Shown in pieces: positions 45,645 through 56,121 of a DNA stretch of 64,000 bases. The notes beneath the pieces were generated by a model. That model had not been told where the DNA came from and did no database searches. It saw nothing but the letters and a program-made list of their open reading frames with translations. Position 1 is the first letter of the stretch, and each line of letters opens with the position of its first letter. A program made the position numbers and the translations under genes. The DNA lies in IMG/VR virus record IMGVR_UViG_3300031993_006627, positions 64,001 through 128,000 of that record, one strand, 5' to 3'. Source of the stretch: a virus (Duplodnaviria; Caudoviricetes).

Positions 45645-46318
45645 CAGACCCAATCTCTACAGACTATTCGGAAGCAGCAAATCCGGACTCCATGCAGCCC
45701 GGAGTCTTTTCTGCATACAGGGTCATGTACTGGATGGTGGATATCCTGAAGAATTTCTTTGCGGATCCCATCAATATCAAGGACGACCGCCTGCAATCGC
45801 TCCTGTGGCGCCAGGATGCCGATGTCCAGGAAGATAGACTGAAGGCTGTATTTGAGATTACGGCAGGCTATCCTCCGAATACGCAGAAGGCGAGCACGAC
45901 CCCCATGATCGTTGTTCTCGTTGGGGATACGATGCACGACAATAATGGCTTGAATCTGCCTGGCGGCGCGATCATGAGTATGAACGGCGCGAGACCGATG
46001 TATCACGGCCAGTGCATCAAGCAGCTACCCCTGAACATCAGCATCACAACGGAGCTCTATGATGGCACAGTGCTGTTGGCAGGTTATATCGAGGACTTCC
46101 TTACGACACACGAGAAGCTCCTGCAGCAGGACAGCGGGATGCTATCCTCGTTCCGTGTAGTAGGGGTCACAGCTCCGAAGAAGACAGATGACCAGACGCA
46201 GGCGAAGGATACGTATGAGTCCTTCATTCAGATACAGACGACCGGCTGCATTGGCTGGACCGTTGATACACAAGGACCGGTGTTTAGAGGACTTCGCATA
46301 AGCGGCAATGTCAATTAA
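45641..46318 (+). CDS. Putative tail completion/terminator protein
   Basis: Directly upstream of the sheath; ATGA coupling. Confidence 0.45.
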   Translation: MTDPISTDYSEAANPDSMQPGVFSAYRVMYWMVDILKNFFADPINIKDDRLQSLLWRQDADVQEDRLKAVFEITAGYPPNTQKASTTPMIVVLVGDTMHDNNGLNLPGGAIMSMNGARPMYHGQCIKQLPLNISITTELYDGTVLLAGYIEDFLTTHEKLLQQDSGMLSSFRVVGVTAPKKTDDQTQAKDTYESFIQIQTTGCIGWTVDTQGPVFRGLRISGNVN

Positions 46319-46408
46319 CGAATTCTCTTTTATAAAGAAACCAAAAATGCAGGCAAAGGATAGCTGACACTTGCCTGTTTCAACACGTCAGCGGATCGGA
46401 TATATCCT

Positions 46409-48229
46409 ATGGCTATTAAAAACTTCAATTTCCCTCGTGTCACGCTCACGCAGGAATTTACTGCTTCCAACGTCGGAAGCCAGGCGGTTCTGAGCGCTGC
46501 GTGTATCGGTCGGCCTTTTTATCTGCATCGTGCAGATGTGGAATCCGAGGCCGCTATCGGAGAGTTCGCCTATGACGCCACAAATGGTGTCACCTCCAGC
46601 ACACTCCCAGGTCTTACGACTGAAAAATTCCTGAATGGGAAGGAAGACGACCTGGCTGAAGTCGTGGTTGTTGATGCCTCGAACAAGGAATGGGAAAATC
46701 AGAAGGTTAAGGTGCTCAACGGCATCTTCCTGCACAAATCTGTCACCAGTGGCATCACACCGAATGATGAGGAAACAGGACGCACGACTAAGAAGCTCAT
46801 GCTCACGGTCGGAATGGTTATCAAGTCCGGACTCGGCAAAGTCGCTTCGGCCGACTTCGGCAATATTGAAGTCGCTATCGGTGACAAGGTTGACGTCTAT
46901 GTGTCCACTACGGCACACAGAGCTACGATTATCAATATCACCAACTCCACGGCGTCTTCCGGCCTGGATACCATCACAGTTGCTCTGGATAACATCAGCG
47001 ACTCGATTGCAGTCGATGCCGACATTGCAAAAGTCGATTTTCTCGTGACGACTGATTGGTCCTGGCAGAACACAAGCTCCACCAATACCTATTTTGCGAT
47101 TGCCAATGGTACCTTCACGATTACTGGCAGCAAATCGGCTGTGAAGCTGGACGGCACACACGACTGTGCTCTGGTTTCCGGCTCATACAACTGGGCCATC
47201 CAGTATCGCGAATACAACACGGTGTTCAACGGCGTTCTCGGCAGCGTCTACAACGAAGATGCAGTCGAAGAAGTCCTCGGCGCTCCCTGCAAGGCGAATC
47301 CTCTGGCGCTCGCTGTCAAGTTCGCTGCTCTTGCCGCTCCGGAAACCGTTGTTTACTTCACCGGCGTTAAGGACGAGACCACGGCCGCCTACAATGAAGC
47401 CAATGACTTCCTGAATAAGTACGAGGACGTTTACAGCATCGTTCCTGCCACCAGTGATACAACGATCATCGCGTCGCTGCTTGCCGACATCATCGAAGCG
47501 TCTGCAGATGAAGACAGCAAGATTCGCCGCTCCCTGTGGTATGGCCTTGATCCTGATCTTTCCGGACTCAACGCCAATTACCTCCGTGTGGAAGCCATCA
47601 TTGCTGCGAAGAAGATCGTTCCGGCTTCGTTCAAAGCACAGGCTGTCTGGGCCGATGGCATCAGCTACAATGGCGAATCTGATCTTCCGAACTGGTGCGG
47701 CGCTGCGGCTGCCGCCGGCATGCGCTCTTATGAGCCCTGCCAGCGCCCGCTGTCCAATCTCGGTTACACATTCTTCTCGGTTTCCGAGCCGAACGGTTAC
47801 ACGGATACGCAGCTCCGGGCTATCGGCGCGGAAGGCATCTGGATCATTGCCAACAATCGTGACAGCCAGCCGATCAACAAGCGCCAGGTCACTACGGCTG
47901 TTGCCAACGACATCAACATGGATGAAGAAAGCATCGTCGCCAACGCTGACGAAGTGGCACTCTCGCTCTGCCACGTTGGTGAAGACAAGGTTGGCAACAG
48001 CAACATCACACCGATGATGATCATGGCGCTCTCCGACGACATCACGCTGAAGATGGATCAGAAGCTCATCAACACGACCGGCAGCGAGTACATCGGCCCG
48101 CAGCTGCTCAGCTGGACCCTCGACAAGATCTGGCAGGACAGTGTCCAACTGGACAAGGTCTATGCCATCATTTCCTGCCAGCCGCCCAAGCCCTTCAATG
48201 AGTTCAAGATGACTCTGCGCATTATCTAA
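46409..48229 (+). CDS. Tail sheath protein
   Basis: 606 aa, high codon bias; N-terminal FPRVTLTQEF, NPLALAV..A, DVYSIVP, C-terminal CQPPKPFNEFKMTL. Confidence 0.8.
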   Translation: MAIKNFNFPRVTLTQEFTASNVGSQAVLSAACIGRPFYLHRADVESEAAIGEFAYDATNGVTSSTLPGLTTEKFLNGKEDDLAEVVVVDASNKEWENQKVKVLNGIFLHKSVTSGITPNDEETGRTTKKLMLTVGMVIKSGLGKVASADFGNIEVAIGDKVDVYVSTTAHRATIINITNSTASSGLDTITVALDNISDSIAVDADIAKVDFLVTTDWSWQNTSSTNTYFAIANGTFTITGSKSAVKLDGTHDCALVSGSYNWAIQYREYNTVFNGVLGSVYNEDAVEEVLGAPCKANPLALAVKFAALAAPETVVYFTGVKDETTAAYNEANDFLNKYEDVYSIVPATSDTTIIASLLADIIEASADEDSKIRRSLWYGLDPDLSGLNANYLRVEAIIAAKKIVPASFKAQAVWADGISYNGESDLPNWCGAAAAAGMRSYEPCQRPLSNLGYTFFSVSEPNGYTDTQLRAIGAEGIWIIANNRDSQPINKRQVTTAVANDINMDEESIVANADEVALSLCHVGEDKVGNSNITPMMIMALSDDITLKMDQKLINTTGSEYIGPQLLSWTLDKIWQDSVQLDKVYAIISCQPPKPFNEFKMTLRII

Positions 48230-48245
48230 GAGGAGGTAACATACC

Positions 48246-48764
48246 ATGGCAGACAAAATTTCCGTTTTCAATACTCCGAATACTACGACCGAAACCTGGA
48301 CACTCCAGGGCGCGGTCGTCCAGTGGGGCACCAATAACAGCGCTTCTTCAGCGATCCCGATGGTCCTGAACTCCATTCAGATCAGCTACGCTGTTCCGAC
48401 CACAACCATTACGCCGCTGAACACCACGGCTAACGGCAGTGTTTCCCGCGTTGTCATCAAGGGCACGCCGGAAGGCAGCCTTACCGTGCAGACCATTTTC
48501 AGCCCGGCCATCAACGACTTCAAGGCGTTCCTGAAGGCCGTCACGAAGAGCTGCAAGCTGGCTCAGGACCAGGTCATGATGACCCTTCGTCCGTTCGGCA
48601 ACCTGCAGTGCAGCAACAGCGAGCGCAACACGACTGGCAACCTAATCTTCTATCTGCATGACCTTGACCTTCGTCAGATGGACATCGCCATCAGTCAGCA
48701 GAACAACATCGCCATCGTGAACATGCCTCTGCAGTTCAGCTTCACGAACCTCGAAATCGAGTGA
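48246..48764 (+). CDS. Tail tube protein
   Basis: 172 aa beta-rich protein after the sheath, followed by a terminator. Confidence 0.7.
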   Translation: MADKISVFNTPNTTTETWTLQGAVVQWGTNNSASSAIPMVLNSIQISYAVPTTTITPLNTTANGSVSRVVIKGTPEGSLTVQTIFSPAINDFKAFLKAVTKSCKLAQDQVMMTLRPFGNLQCSNSERNTTGNLIFYLHDLDLRQMDIAISQQNNIAIVNMPLQFSFTNLEIE

Positions 48765-48796
48765 TCGGAAGCAGGCGAAACAGACCTTTCTGGGTA

Positions 48797-48833
48797 CCCC
48801 GTCGGTAAGGTAACTTATCGGCGGGGACTTTTT
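48797..48833 (+). terminator. Intrinsic terminator
   Basis: CCCCGTCGGTAAG-gtaa-CTTATCGGCGGGG followed by ACTTTTT. Confidence 0.75.
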
Positions 48834-48850
48834 ATAAGAGGAATCAGCAC

Positions 48851-51475
48851 ATGAGAGCAGACGGAGAACTTATCATCGGGACAGTCGTGATGTCCATGCC
48901 AGAATACGGCGCGGCCAAGGTGGTCACTTGCGGGGGAGCACCCACCATCAAGGAGCCGATTCTTTGCTACCTTCCATACAGTGACGCCAACTGTGGGTCC
49001 CTGCTCCAGTCTCATATCCAGGATGGCAGCACGGTCATCTGTATGCGCTCCTACAGCAATCCGAACCAGGGATATATCCTGACTGCTGTAAACGAAGCCC
49101 AGGCCGATCTGACAGATACTCTGGACGGTCGTGTGTTCTATGCCACGAACAGATGGACAACCTGGCATTCCAAGATCTTCGACACGGTGATTAACCAGTT
49201 GAAGGACTTCGCCGGCACGATCTTCAGAAACAGGGCTAACAGCGTCGATAAGGACGTTCTGCCAGGAGATACGGACATCACCAATAACAACGGCACAGCG
49301 GCCATTCACGTGGGCAAATACCTGGTCCAGATGAAAGGCTCTCCCATTGCTTTCATCGACGTAGCGGCCATCAAGGATCAGATCCGCATGGTAGCGGCCA
49401 GAATCGAGATGCACACACTGACGACATACAAGCACATCGAGAGTGATGTCGCCGTCGACAACATGGCTACCAGTGCCCCGGAGACTTTCGGGTTCCCCTT
49501 CGGTGCGGATGTGAATGAGAAGTGGGACGAAGCTGCAGCCAACGGTGTCCCGTTCTTCCGGATGCAGCACACCAAAGGCGCTCTCATAGACGGCGAGGAA
49601 AAGATTATCCTGGCGTTCCCGCCGAAAGCATCAGATTCCAGCTCTACGAGTTCTTCTGGCGAAAAGCAGTGGACCTATGAGCCGTCCGCAAAGAAGGCGC
49701 AGGAAAGCACCGAGAACACCCTGCAGGAAACTGCGGACATGCACACTGATACAACAGAACCGCCTACTCTTCACAAGGACAGGACGGCCCTATCCGGCGA
49801 GCGCACGATTGCTACAACGCAGAGCATCCATCTGGTGAAGACACCATCCATTTCTTCTGTTCTTCAGTATGGCTACTCTAAAGTCAACGCAAAGAAAGAA
49901 GAGGGAACTTCAAAAGATTTGGATTTACTCACACCTTATGTGCAGGAAAATGCAGAGGATGAAGAGGAATCGGCTGAAGTCGATCTTGACAAGCAGATCA
50001 TGGACGCAGCCATCAATCGTGTCGTTGACAAGCTGCTGACAAAAGATTATTTGCCTGTGCTGAAACAGCGCATGGCGGAAGCCGGTCTCATTGTATCAGA
50101 GTCCTCTTTGGATGACCTCTTCAAGGATCACACGACGACGGGGCCGACGACACAGACCGTCTATGATCCACCTAAGTTCCTGCAGTTGACCGATCCTGTT
50201 ACAGGCAAGGTGCATACCTATTTTGATTCCACGTCGTTCATCTCCCAGGAAGAAGACGGCAGCATTCTCATCTGTGATGGCTACGGCAGCGAGATTCGTA
50301 TGTCCCAGGGCAACATTTATATCAGCCCGGCGCTCGATCTCCAGTTGCGTCCCGGCCGTGATATGTGGGGGCTTGTACCACGACATATGACCTTGGATTC
50401 TCAGGGCTATTCCGAGCTGAACAGCATGAAGGCGGTCTACATCAGATCCACAGGTGATATGCAGATTGCTGCAGCAACGGAGGGCAAAGGAAAGCTGACA
50501 CTGGAATGTGACTCGAAGGCCAATGGTGAAAAATCCGGCGTTATTATACGAAGTCTCGGCAATGTTGCTATGACTGGGCACGATCTCTACATCGGTGTGA
50601 ATAAAGGGACATCAATGACCAAAGGTCGTACCGAACTTGTTCAGAATCCTGGTTCCATTATCATTGATGCAGGTGAAAATGGGGGTCTTGTACATAGGTG
50701 TAGGCTGTGCACGGTGGACACGATGTCGTTTACTGTTGTTGGAGGCGGCTCTGGAAGAACCGGGAAACATGCGGCATTTACGGTGTCTACGAACATGATA
50801 GGGCTCTACGCCGAGATCGTCCAGATGCCAGCACAGCTCAATATAAGTGCTGTTAATGGCACGGAAGAAGTTGCTGTTATGCGAAACGGTGAGATGGAAC
50901 AGCAAGAGATCAATACAGCAACTGCGCCTCATCTCTATCTGAAAGGTGCTTTCAGATTTAATGGTACCGCTATGGTTGTCAGCGGTTCTATTTATGTCAC
51001 AAAGGATGTTATGGCGACCAATGTGGGATATGTGGAAGGAAGCGGGAAGATAGTCGTAAATGATATAGAGGGTAATTTCTTCAAGAAGCAATGGCCAGTG
51101 GATAATCTGGAAATAAATAGCGAGCTGAAAGAGAACTCTGGTTATAAATTCGTGGAGTTTATAACAGAGACTATCTATCAGGATTACTACATAGCTAGTA
51201 ACTGCTTCAAATTCCCGGAGGATTACGGCGTATCAGAATCCTTTGTGATTCCAGGCATGGTATGGCAGGAAAACACAAGGTTGACCGTTGATGACCCAAA
51301 TTCTGTTGTGTGGACGGAGGAACCTGTATTGGATGTGGACGGGGAAACCCTCACAGCTGCTTATCCCGGCTGGTCTGCATGGGTGCGCGGCCGCATCACG
51401 CAGAAGGGATACGAAAAAGGCATACTTCTATTCGATTACATAACCAACACAAAGAAGGAGACTTCCAATGAGTGA
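48851..51475 (+). CDS. Putative baseplate central spike (gp5/VgrG/gpV-like)
   Basis: N-terminal OB-like segment; beta-strand repeats SFISQEEDGSILICDGYGSEIRMSQGNIYISPALDLQL. Confidence 0.5.
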   Translation: MRADGELIIGTVVMSMPEYGAAKVVTCGGAPTIKEPILCYLPYSDANCGSLLQSHIQDGSTVICMRSYSNPNQGYILTAVNEAQADLTDTLDGRVFYATNRWTTWHSKIFDTVINQLKDFAGTIFRNRANSVDKDVLPGDTDITNNNGTAAIHVGKYLVQMKGSPIAFIDVAAIKDQIRMVAARIEMHTLTTYKHIESDVAVDNMATSAPETFGFPFGADVNEKWDEAAANGVPFFRMQHTKGALIDGEEKIILAFPPKASDSSSTSSSGEKQWTYEPSAKKAQESTENTLQETADMHTDTTEPPTLHKDRTALSGERTIATTQSIHLVKTPSISSVLQYGYSKVNAKKEEGTSKDLDLLTPYVQENAEDEEESAEVDLDKQIMDAAINRVVDKLLTKDYLPVLKQRMAEAGLIVSESSLDDLFKDHTTTGPTTQTVYDPPKFLQLTDPVTGKVHTYFDSTSFISQEEDGSILICDGYGSEIRMSQGNIYISPALDLQLRPGRDMWGLVPRHMTLDSQGYSELNSMKAVYIRSTGDMQIAAATEGKGKLTLECDSKANGEKSGVIIRSLGNVAMTGHDLYIGVNKGTSMTKGRTELVQNPGSIIIDAGENGGLVHRCRLCTVDTMSFTVVGGGSGRTGKHAAFTVSTNMIGLYAEIVQMPAQLNISAVNGTEEVAVMRNGEMEQQEINTATAPHLYLKGAFRFNGTAMVVSGSIYVTKDVMATNVGYVEGSGKIVVNDIEGNFFKKQWPVDNLEINSELKENSGYKFVEFITETIYQDYYIASNCFKFPEDYGVSESFVIPGMVWQENTRLTVDDPNSVVWTEEPVLDVDGETLTAAYPGWSAWVRGRITQKGYEKGILLFDYITNTKKETSNE

Positions 51476-52091
51476 AGAACCCGCTGCTCCCGCCGAAGAA
51501 AAAGATGACAATATGCCCATTTGTCCTTGCTGCGGCAAGAAGATGGACAAGAAGCCGATCAACCTTGACAGCAAGGTGGTCGATGACTACCTGGCGAGCA
51601 TTATGACCGGCGTACCGTTCAGTCATACATTCGAGCTGTTTAACGGACGCCTGACTATCACAGTCAGTGCCCTCGACAAACAGGAAGGTCTCGCTCTGTA
51701 TCGCTTTGTCCTACTTGTGGAACCTTTCGGCACGACATCCACAGTCATCCAGGATTTTCTCGGTGTTGTTAATATGTACAGTTTTATCCGTCGCATTGTT
51801 GTTAAGAAGGGCGACGAGCAGAAAGCATATATCCCCGCTGAGCATGTTTTTAATGAGTGCCGCAAACTGGTCGATACCTGGGAAACTGAGGATCTGACCA
51901 AAGATGAGAAGAAAGCAGAATTTCTCCAGCAGGTTCAGGAGGTCTACAACAATCTGACTGCTCCGGATGTCCTGTCATCCACACCTCTGCTTATTCTGAA
52001 CAGAGCGATCAATGACTACAAGGCAGTCGAAACTCTTCTTCTACAGGCTGGATTCGATGAAAATTTTTGGAGGGGTATCGAGCTTCATTGA
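51468..52091 (+). CDS. Putative tail assembly chaperone (G-like)
   Basis: Upstream of the tape measure; ends with a slippery A AAT TTT site; N-terminal CPCC. Confidence 0.55.
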   Translation: MSEEPAAPAEEKDDNMPICPCCGKKMDKKPINLDSKVVDDYLASIMTGVPFSHTFELFNGRLTITVSALDKQEGLALYRFVLLVEPFGTTSTVIQDFLGVVNMYSFIRRIVVKKGDEQKAYIPAEHVFNECRKLVDTWETEDLTKDEKKAEFLQQVQEVYNNLTAPDVLSSTPLLILNRAINDYKAVETLLLQAGFDENFWRGIELH

Positions 52092-52441
52092 TGCTCTGCC
52101 TGCCTGAGTTCGATACCTATCATATTCTTCCACAATACGCCAGAGAGCCGGACGATCCAAGGAATATTATTGCTTTGAATGTCCTGAAACATCGCGCCCG
52201 TACTCAGCTACATTGGCGCGTACTCAACTGTCGCCTGATGAGCATGAAGAATATGAATGCCCTATATAATTTCCAAATTGGTTATATAGAAAAGGGATCC
52301 GGTGTTGTAGTAGAAAAGCAAGTCGATTTTTCCACTATGACTGAGGAAGAAATGATGACTGTCTACAATATGGCGTTGAAGAAGGTCGGGCTGACTCTTG
52401 ACCCGGAGACTTTACTAAAGGCTCAACAACAAGGCGGATAA
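52091..52441 (+). CDS. Putative tail assembly chaperone (T-like; possibly fused by -1 frameshift)
   Basis: In the -1 frame of the upstream gene; frame open from 52061. Confidence 0.5.
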   Translation: MLCLPEFDTYHILPQYAREPDDPRNIIALNVLKHRARTQLHWRVLNCRLMSMKNMNALYNFQIGYIEKGSGVVVEKQVDFSTMTEEEMMTVYNMALKKVGLTLDPETLLKAQQQGG

Positions 52442-52444
52442 GAC

Positions 52445-55093
52445 ATGGGACCTGTTAACTTTACACCGAATATGGCCCTCCAGCAGTTCCTGGCGCAACT
52501 GCTTGGGTTTGATATGAGCTCCCTGATGGGGATGCAGGCAGGACAGGGCATTACAGCGTGGCTGAAGAACCTGGTGATCCCCGGATTGTTGGGGATTAGT
52601 CCTACGAGTTCCTTATGGAACATGTCTCTGTATACCAACATGACTGATTACGGCATCATGATGCAGAACATGAACAGTGCTGCAAACATGGCCGGTATAC
52701 AGCAGATGATGCAGCTGCAGAACTCGAACAGGTACAATCTGTACGAAGGCTGGCAGAAGATGGTCATGTCTAAGGCGGCTTTCAATGATCTGCCAGATGC
52801 ACAGAAAGCACAGTATAACAATAATTACGATGCCTACATACAGCACAAAGCTCAGGGCATGATGGATAATCAGGCTCTGAATACTTTCATGCTACTGACC
52901 GGCTGGGATCCGACCGGTGCAGCGAGAGCCGCATTCAATGTGAGAGAAGCTGCTTCTAACATAGCCCGCAACGCCATGTGGCGAGGTGATGATAAGGCTA
53001 TGCAGAAAGCAGAAGCGATCTCCAGGCTCTTCCTTGACAAGGACGACAAGATTGCCTATTCGAAATGGGAATTCGGTGGGATGACGCTCAACGAGACTTC
53101 AGCTCTCGCTGCTATGCTCACTAAGGGGATCTCGCTCGGCGGTACTGATACTGATTCCATAGCAAAAGCTATTGAGGAACTCAGAACAAGACTGCAGAAC
53201 CTAACAAAAGCCATGAGCCCTCTGAAGGATTTATTCGGTGATGATGTACCGAAGATGGTGGAGTTCCTGGAGGATATTACGGGAAAATCCATCAAGCAAC
53301 TCGATGAGGGTACGATTGCCAAATTATCGGCTAACGTCGTGAATGGCATTACAACGGGTGCCTTCACACAGGAGCAGATGGCGAAACTTACGGTGCAGCT
53401 CCAGGGAAACATTGGCCAGATGAATCTTCCATTCTATTTGGAGAATGGTGCTATGATGATGTCTGACCGGATTCTGACGACTGTCAATGCCGGCAATATA
53501 CCTCTGATGATGTCACGGGCTTCTTACCAGACCGCCGTGTCCGAGCGAACAATACGTCAGGCTGCATCTCCATTTGCCAACAATGTGAATCTTGCATATG
53601 CCCTGTGGGAAGCGGACAAGCGCAGAAGGAACGAGAACTTCGATGTTAAGGAAGGAACAGCGTTGTTCCAAGCTGAATATGAGGCGCTGAGAGCGAGCGG
53701 TCGCTTTAATGAAGAACAGGCGCTCCTGCGTCTGTCCGGGGCATCCTCCCTGCAGCAGATGGCTGTCATGGGCACGCGCTTCGGCGGTTACAACAGGGCT
53801 GTTTCTGCTGGTCTTGGTATGGATATGGCATCCACAGAAGGCGTGCGTCGCAGGGCTGCCACGATCATTATGGGTGAAGACACACCAGAGAAACGTATCG
53901 CTATGCAGCGAGTTATCAATATGTTCATGTCTGGAAATGGACCAGAGGGTAAGAAGAATATGACCGTGGATGATCTTGACCGGTACTTCCAAGGGCTTGA
54001 AAATGCATCTGGCTCCGATCAGCTATTGTATCAAGCCTATATGGAGCTGAATCAGAACAGACGGTTGATGGCCTTCAATGTTGACATGCGTAAGTCTGCT
54101 GAACAGCGAGACGATGCCCAGAAACGCCAGATAGCAGATGGCATGCGTAAGAGAGCGAACCAGATGACTGAATGGCTTGGCAGAGCAAGTGAAAAAGATT
54201 CAAGTCTTGGTGAAACGCTTGTAAACTGGTTGCGTGGTGACAAGACGTTTAAAGATAAGGCAGCATTGGCTGAAGTTCAGGAGTTCATGTCTAGCAAGAA
54301 CTTTGATCCCCAGGATATAGCTGCCTTCAAAGCAATCGCCGAAGCGAATGGGGATGATAAAGCACAGACACTGCGACATATCCAGGCGTATATTGCGAAC
54401 AACAAAACGAACCCGGATAGAAATGCCAGATTGGCCTCTATATGGGAGAGTCTTGAACCGGGCGACGACAGGAATACGAAATATGCTGCATTGTCAAGGC
54501 TTTCAGGCAGTGCGCTTGGTCTGCTTGTTACCTGGGACAAGGATGAGAAGAAATACATAGATAAAACAGACTGGAAAGATGCTCTCGCCGGCAGCCCGGA
54601 TGCTAACACACTTCAGCGCAGACTGAAAGAGCAGGCGCTCAAGAATGCCACAAATGCAAGTGATGATGCCTACAAGATAAAGGCGAGAGAAAATACCGTT
54701 ATCGACTTGCTTGGAAAAGGCGGAGAGCAGAAGTTCAAAAGCATACGTGATGCACTTGTCCTAGATGAGAAGACAATAAATCAGGTAATGAAAAGTGACA
54801 GCAGTCTGAAAGATCTTCGTGGTGACGAGAAGCACGAGATGGAACGTGCTTTGCGTGGCTATGTGGAGTCTGTAAGCGGGCTCGGTTTAAACGACTCCAA
54901 CGGAGAAACCATGTCACCGGAGCAGATCATGGCAAAGGCTTTCGGTGCAGGTGGTATATTCCAGGAAGTGGACAATACACTGTCAGATCTTGGAGATGCT
55001 ATAAATGATCTTATAGGCTGGCTGAAGAAGGTTGCGGAACCCGGAAATTTCTCGATGCTCAGCTTCCTTGGCTTTAAGAAGAAGGAGGAATAA
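52445..55093 (+). CDS. Tape measure protein (putative)
   Basis: 882 aa, Ala/Met/Gln-rich helical protein following the chaperone pair. Confidence 0.65.
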   Translation: MGPVNFTPNMALQQFLAQLLGFDMSSLMGMQAGQGITAWLKNLVIPGLLGISPTSSLWNMSLYTNMTDYGIMMQNMNSAANMAGIQQMMQLQNSNRYNLYEGWQKMVMSKAAFNDLPDAQKAQYNNNYDAYIQHKAQGMMDNQALNTFMLLTGWDPTGAARAAFNVREAASNIARNAMWRGDDKAMQKAEAISRLFLDKDDKIAYSKWEFGGMTLNETSALAAMLTKGISLGGTDTDSIAKAIEELRTRLQNLTKAMSPLKDLFGDDVPKMVEFLEDITGKSIKQLDEGTIAKLSANVVNGITTGAFTQEQMAKLTVQLQGNIGQMNLPFYLENGAMMMSDRILTTVNAGNIPLMMSRASYQTAVSERTIRQAASPFANNVNLAYALWEADKRRRNENFDVKEGTALFQAEYEALRASGRFNEEQALLRLSGASSLQQMAVMGTRFGGYNRAVSAGLGMDMASTEGVRRRAATIIMGEDTPEKRIAMQRVINMFMSGNGPEGKKNMTVDDLDRYFQGLENASGSDQLLYQAYMELNQNRRLMAFNVDMRKSAEQRDDAQKRQIADGMRKRANQMTEWLGRASEKDSSLGETLVNWLRGDKTFKDKAALAEVQEFMSSKNFDPQDIAAFKAIAEANGDDKAQTLRHIQAYIANNKTNPDRNARLASIWESLEPGDDRNTKYAALSRLSGSALGLLVTWDKDEKKYIDKTDWKDALAGSPDANTLQRRLKEQALKNATNASDDAYKIKARENTVIDLLGKGGEQKFKSIRDALVLDEKTINQVMKSDSSLKDLRGDEKHEMERALRGYVESVSGLGLNDSNGETMSPEQIMAKAFGAGGIFQEVDNTLSDLGDAINDLIGWLKKVAEPGNFSMLSFLGFKKKEE

Positions 55094-55675
55094 ATGGCCA
55101 ACAAAATACAGGTTTTTGATCCAGCAGGCGGCATATCCTTCCAGTCTATTCCAGTCAAGGAGTCCGCTTTCATTACGATCACACCAGTGCGCTCGAACAA
55201 ATACTACAATGATTCCAGCAGCACAAATATTTTCCGTATGGGTGATTCCAACGTGACTGGCCGGGGGAACAAGGGATCCGCCCTATATGCACACATGCCA
55301 ATTACAGGTGTGCATATCGCCCAGGGAGTTGACATGAGCATATCGAAAACACTCAATGCCGATTTCCTGGTTGCGGAGTTCGGAGATAACCCGGTGCAGA
55401 TCACGCTCGCTGGTGTAAACTTCTACGGGGACATCACCTGTAACGGCATCGGCAATGTCCAGCACAAGCAGATCATGGATTTCTATGAGCGTAACAAGCT
55501 GAGTGCCGATATCAAGAACCGCATCGACATCAGTGTTACTCCGGCGTCCTCACCGAACAGCGGGGCTTTCCGCTGTGTTCTGGTGCGCATGAGATCTTCC
55601 ACTCCGATTAAAGATGGCCAGGGCACTGTGCCGGCATATACATATGAACTGAGCTTGATAGGAGTCAGACGATGA
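55094..55675 (+). CDS. Putative baseplate tube-initiator protein
   Basis: After the tape measure; FGDNPVQITLAG tube-like motif. Confidence 0.45.
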   Translation: MANKIQVFDPAGGISFQSIPVKESAFITITPVRSNKYYNDSSSTNIFRMGDSNVTGRGNKGSALYAHMPITGVHIAQGVDMSISKTLNADFLVAEFGDNPVQITLAGVNFYGDITCNGIGNVQHKQIMDFYERNKLSADIKNRIDISVTPASSPNSGAFRCVLVRMRSSTPIKDGQGTVPAYTYELSLIGVRR

Positions 55676-56121
55676 TTGCGATCAACAAACTCTACGGTGT
55701 TCTTCTTGGGATGGCGGCCGATGATATTCCGGCGACCTACAAATGGTATGCGAAAAAGTTCACAACCGTTGCCACCAGTGAGAAGGTGCAGAACATTCTC
55801 AAGATCATGCTCCAGACTGTCTCTATCGACAAGCGTGCCATGTTCGCCTGCATCGTGTGTAACGCCGTGTTGCACACAATCTTTGGCAAGGAAATTGAGA
55901 ATCTGGATCCAGTGAACACGTATGTCCCTGTTTCGCGGCCGCCGGACAGCGCGAATGATAATCCGAATTTTTGCTTGCTTTCTATGGCTGGGCCGGCTGA
56001 CATGTACAAGCCCATGAAGCAGTTCCTTGACCAGGACATTCTGGATAGACTGGAAACACCTTCCTGGATGGAATACATAGCGGCCGGCTGTCTGCAGATC
56101 CTGAGGGAACTCAAGAAATGA
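55672..56121 (+). CDS. Hypothetical baseplate-region protein
   Basis: ATGA-coupled ORF. Confidence 0.6.
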   Translation: MIAINKLYGVLLGMAADDIPATYKWYAKKFTTVATSEKVQNILKIMLQTVSIDKRAMFACIVCNAVLHTIFGKEIENLDPVNTYVPVSRPPDSANDNPNFCLLSMAGPADMYKPMKQFLDQDILDRLETPSWMEYIAAGCLQILRELKK

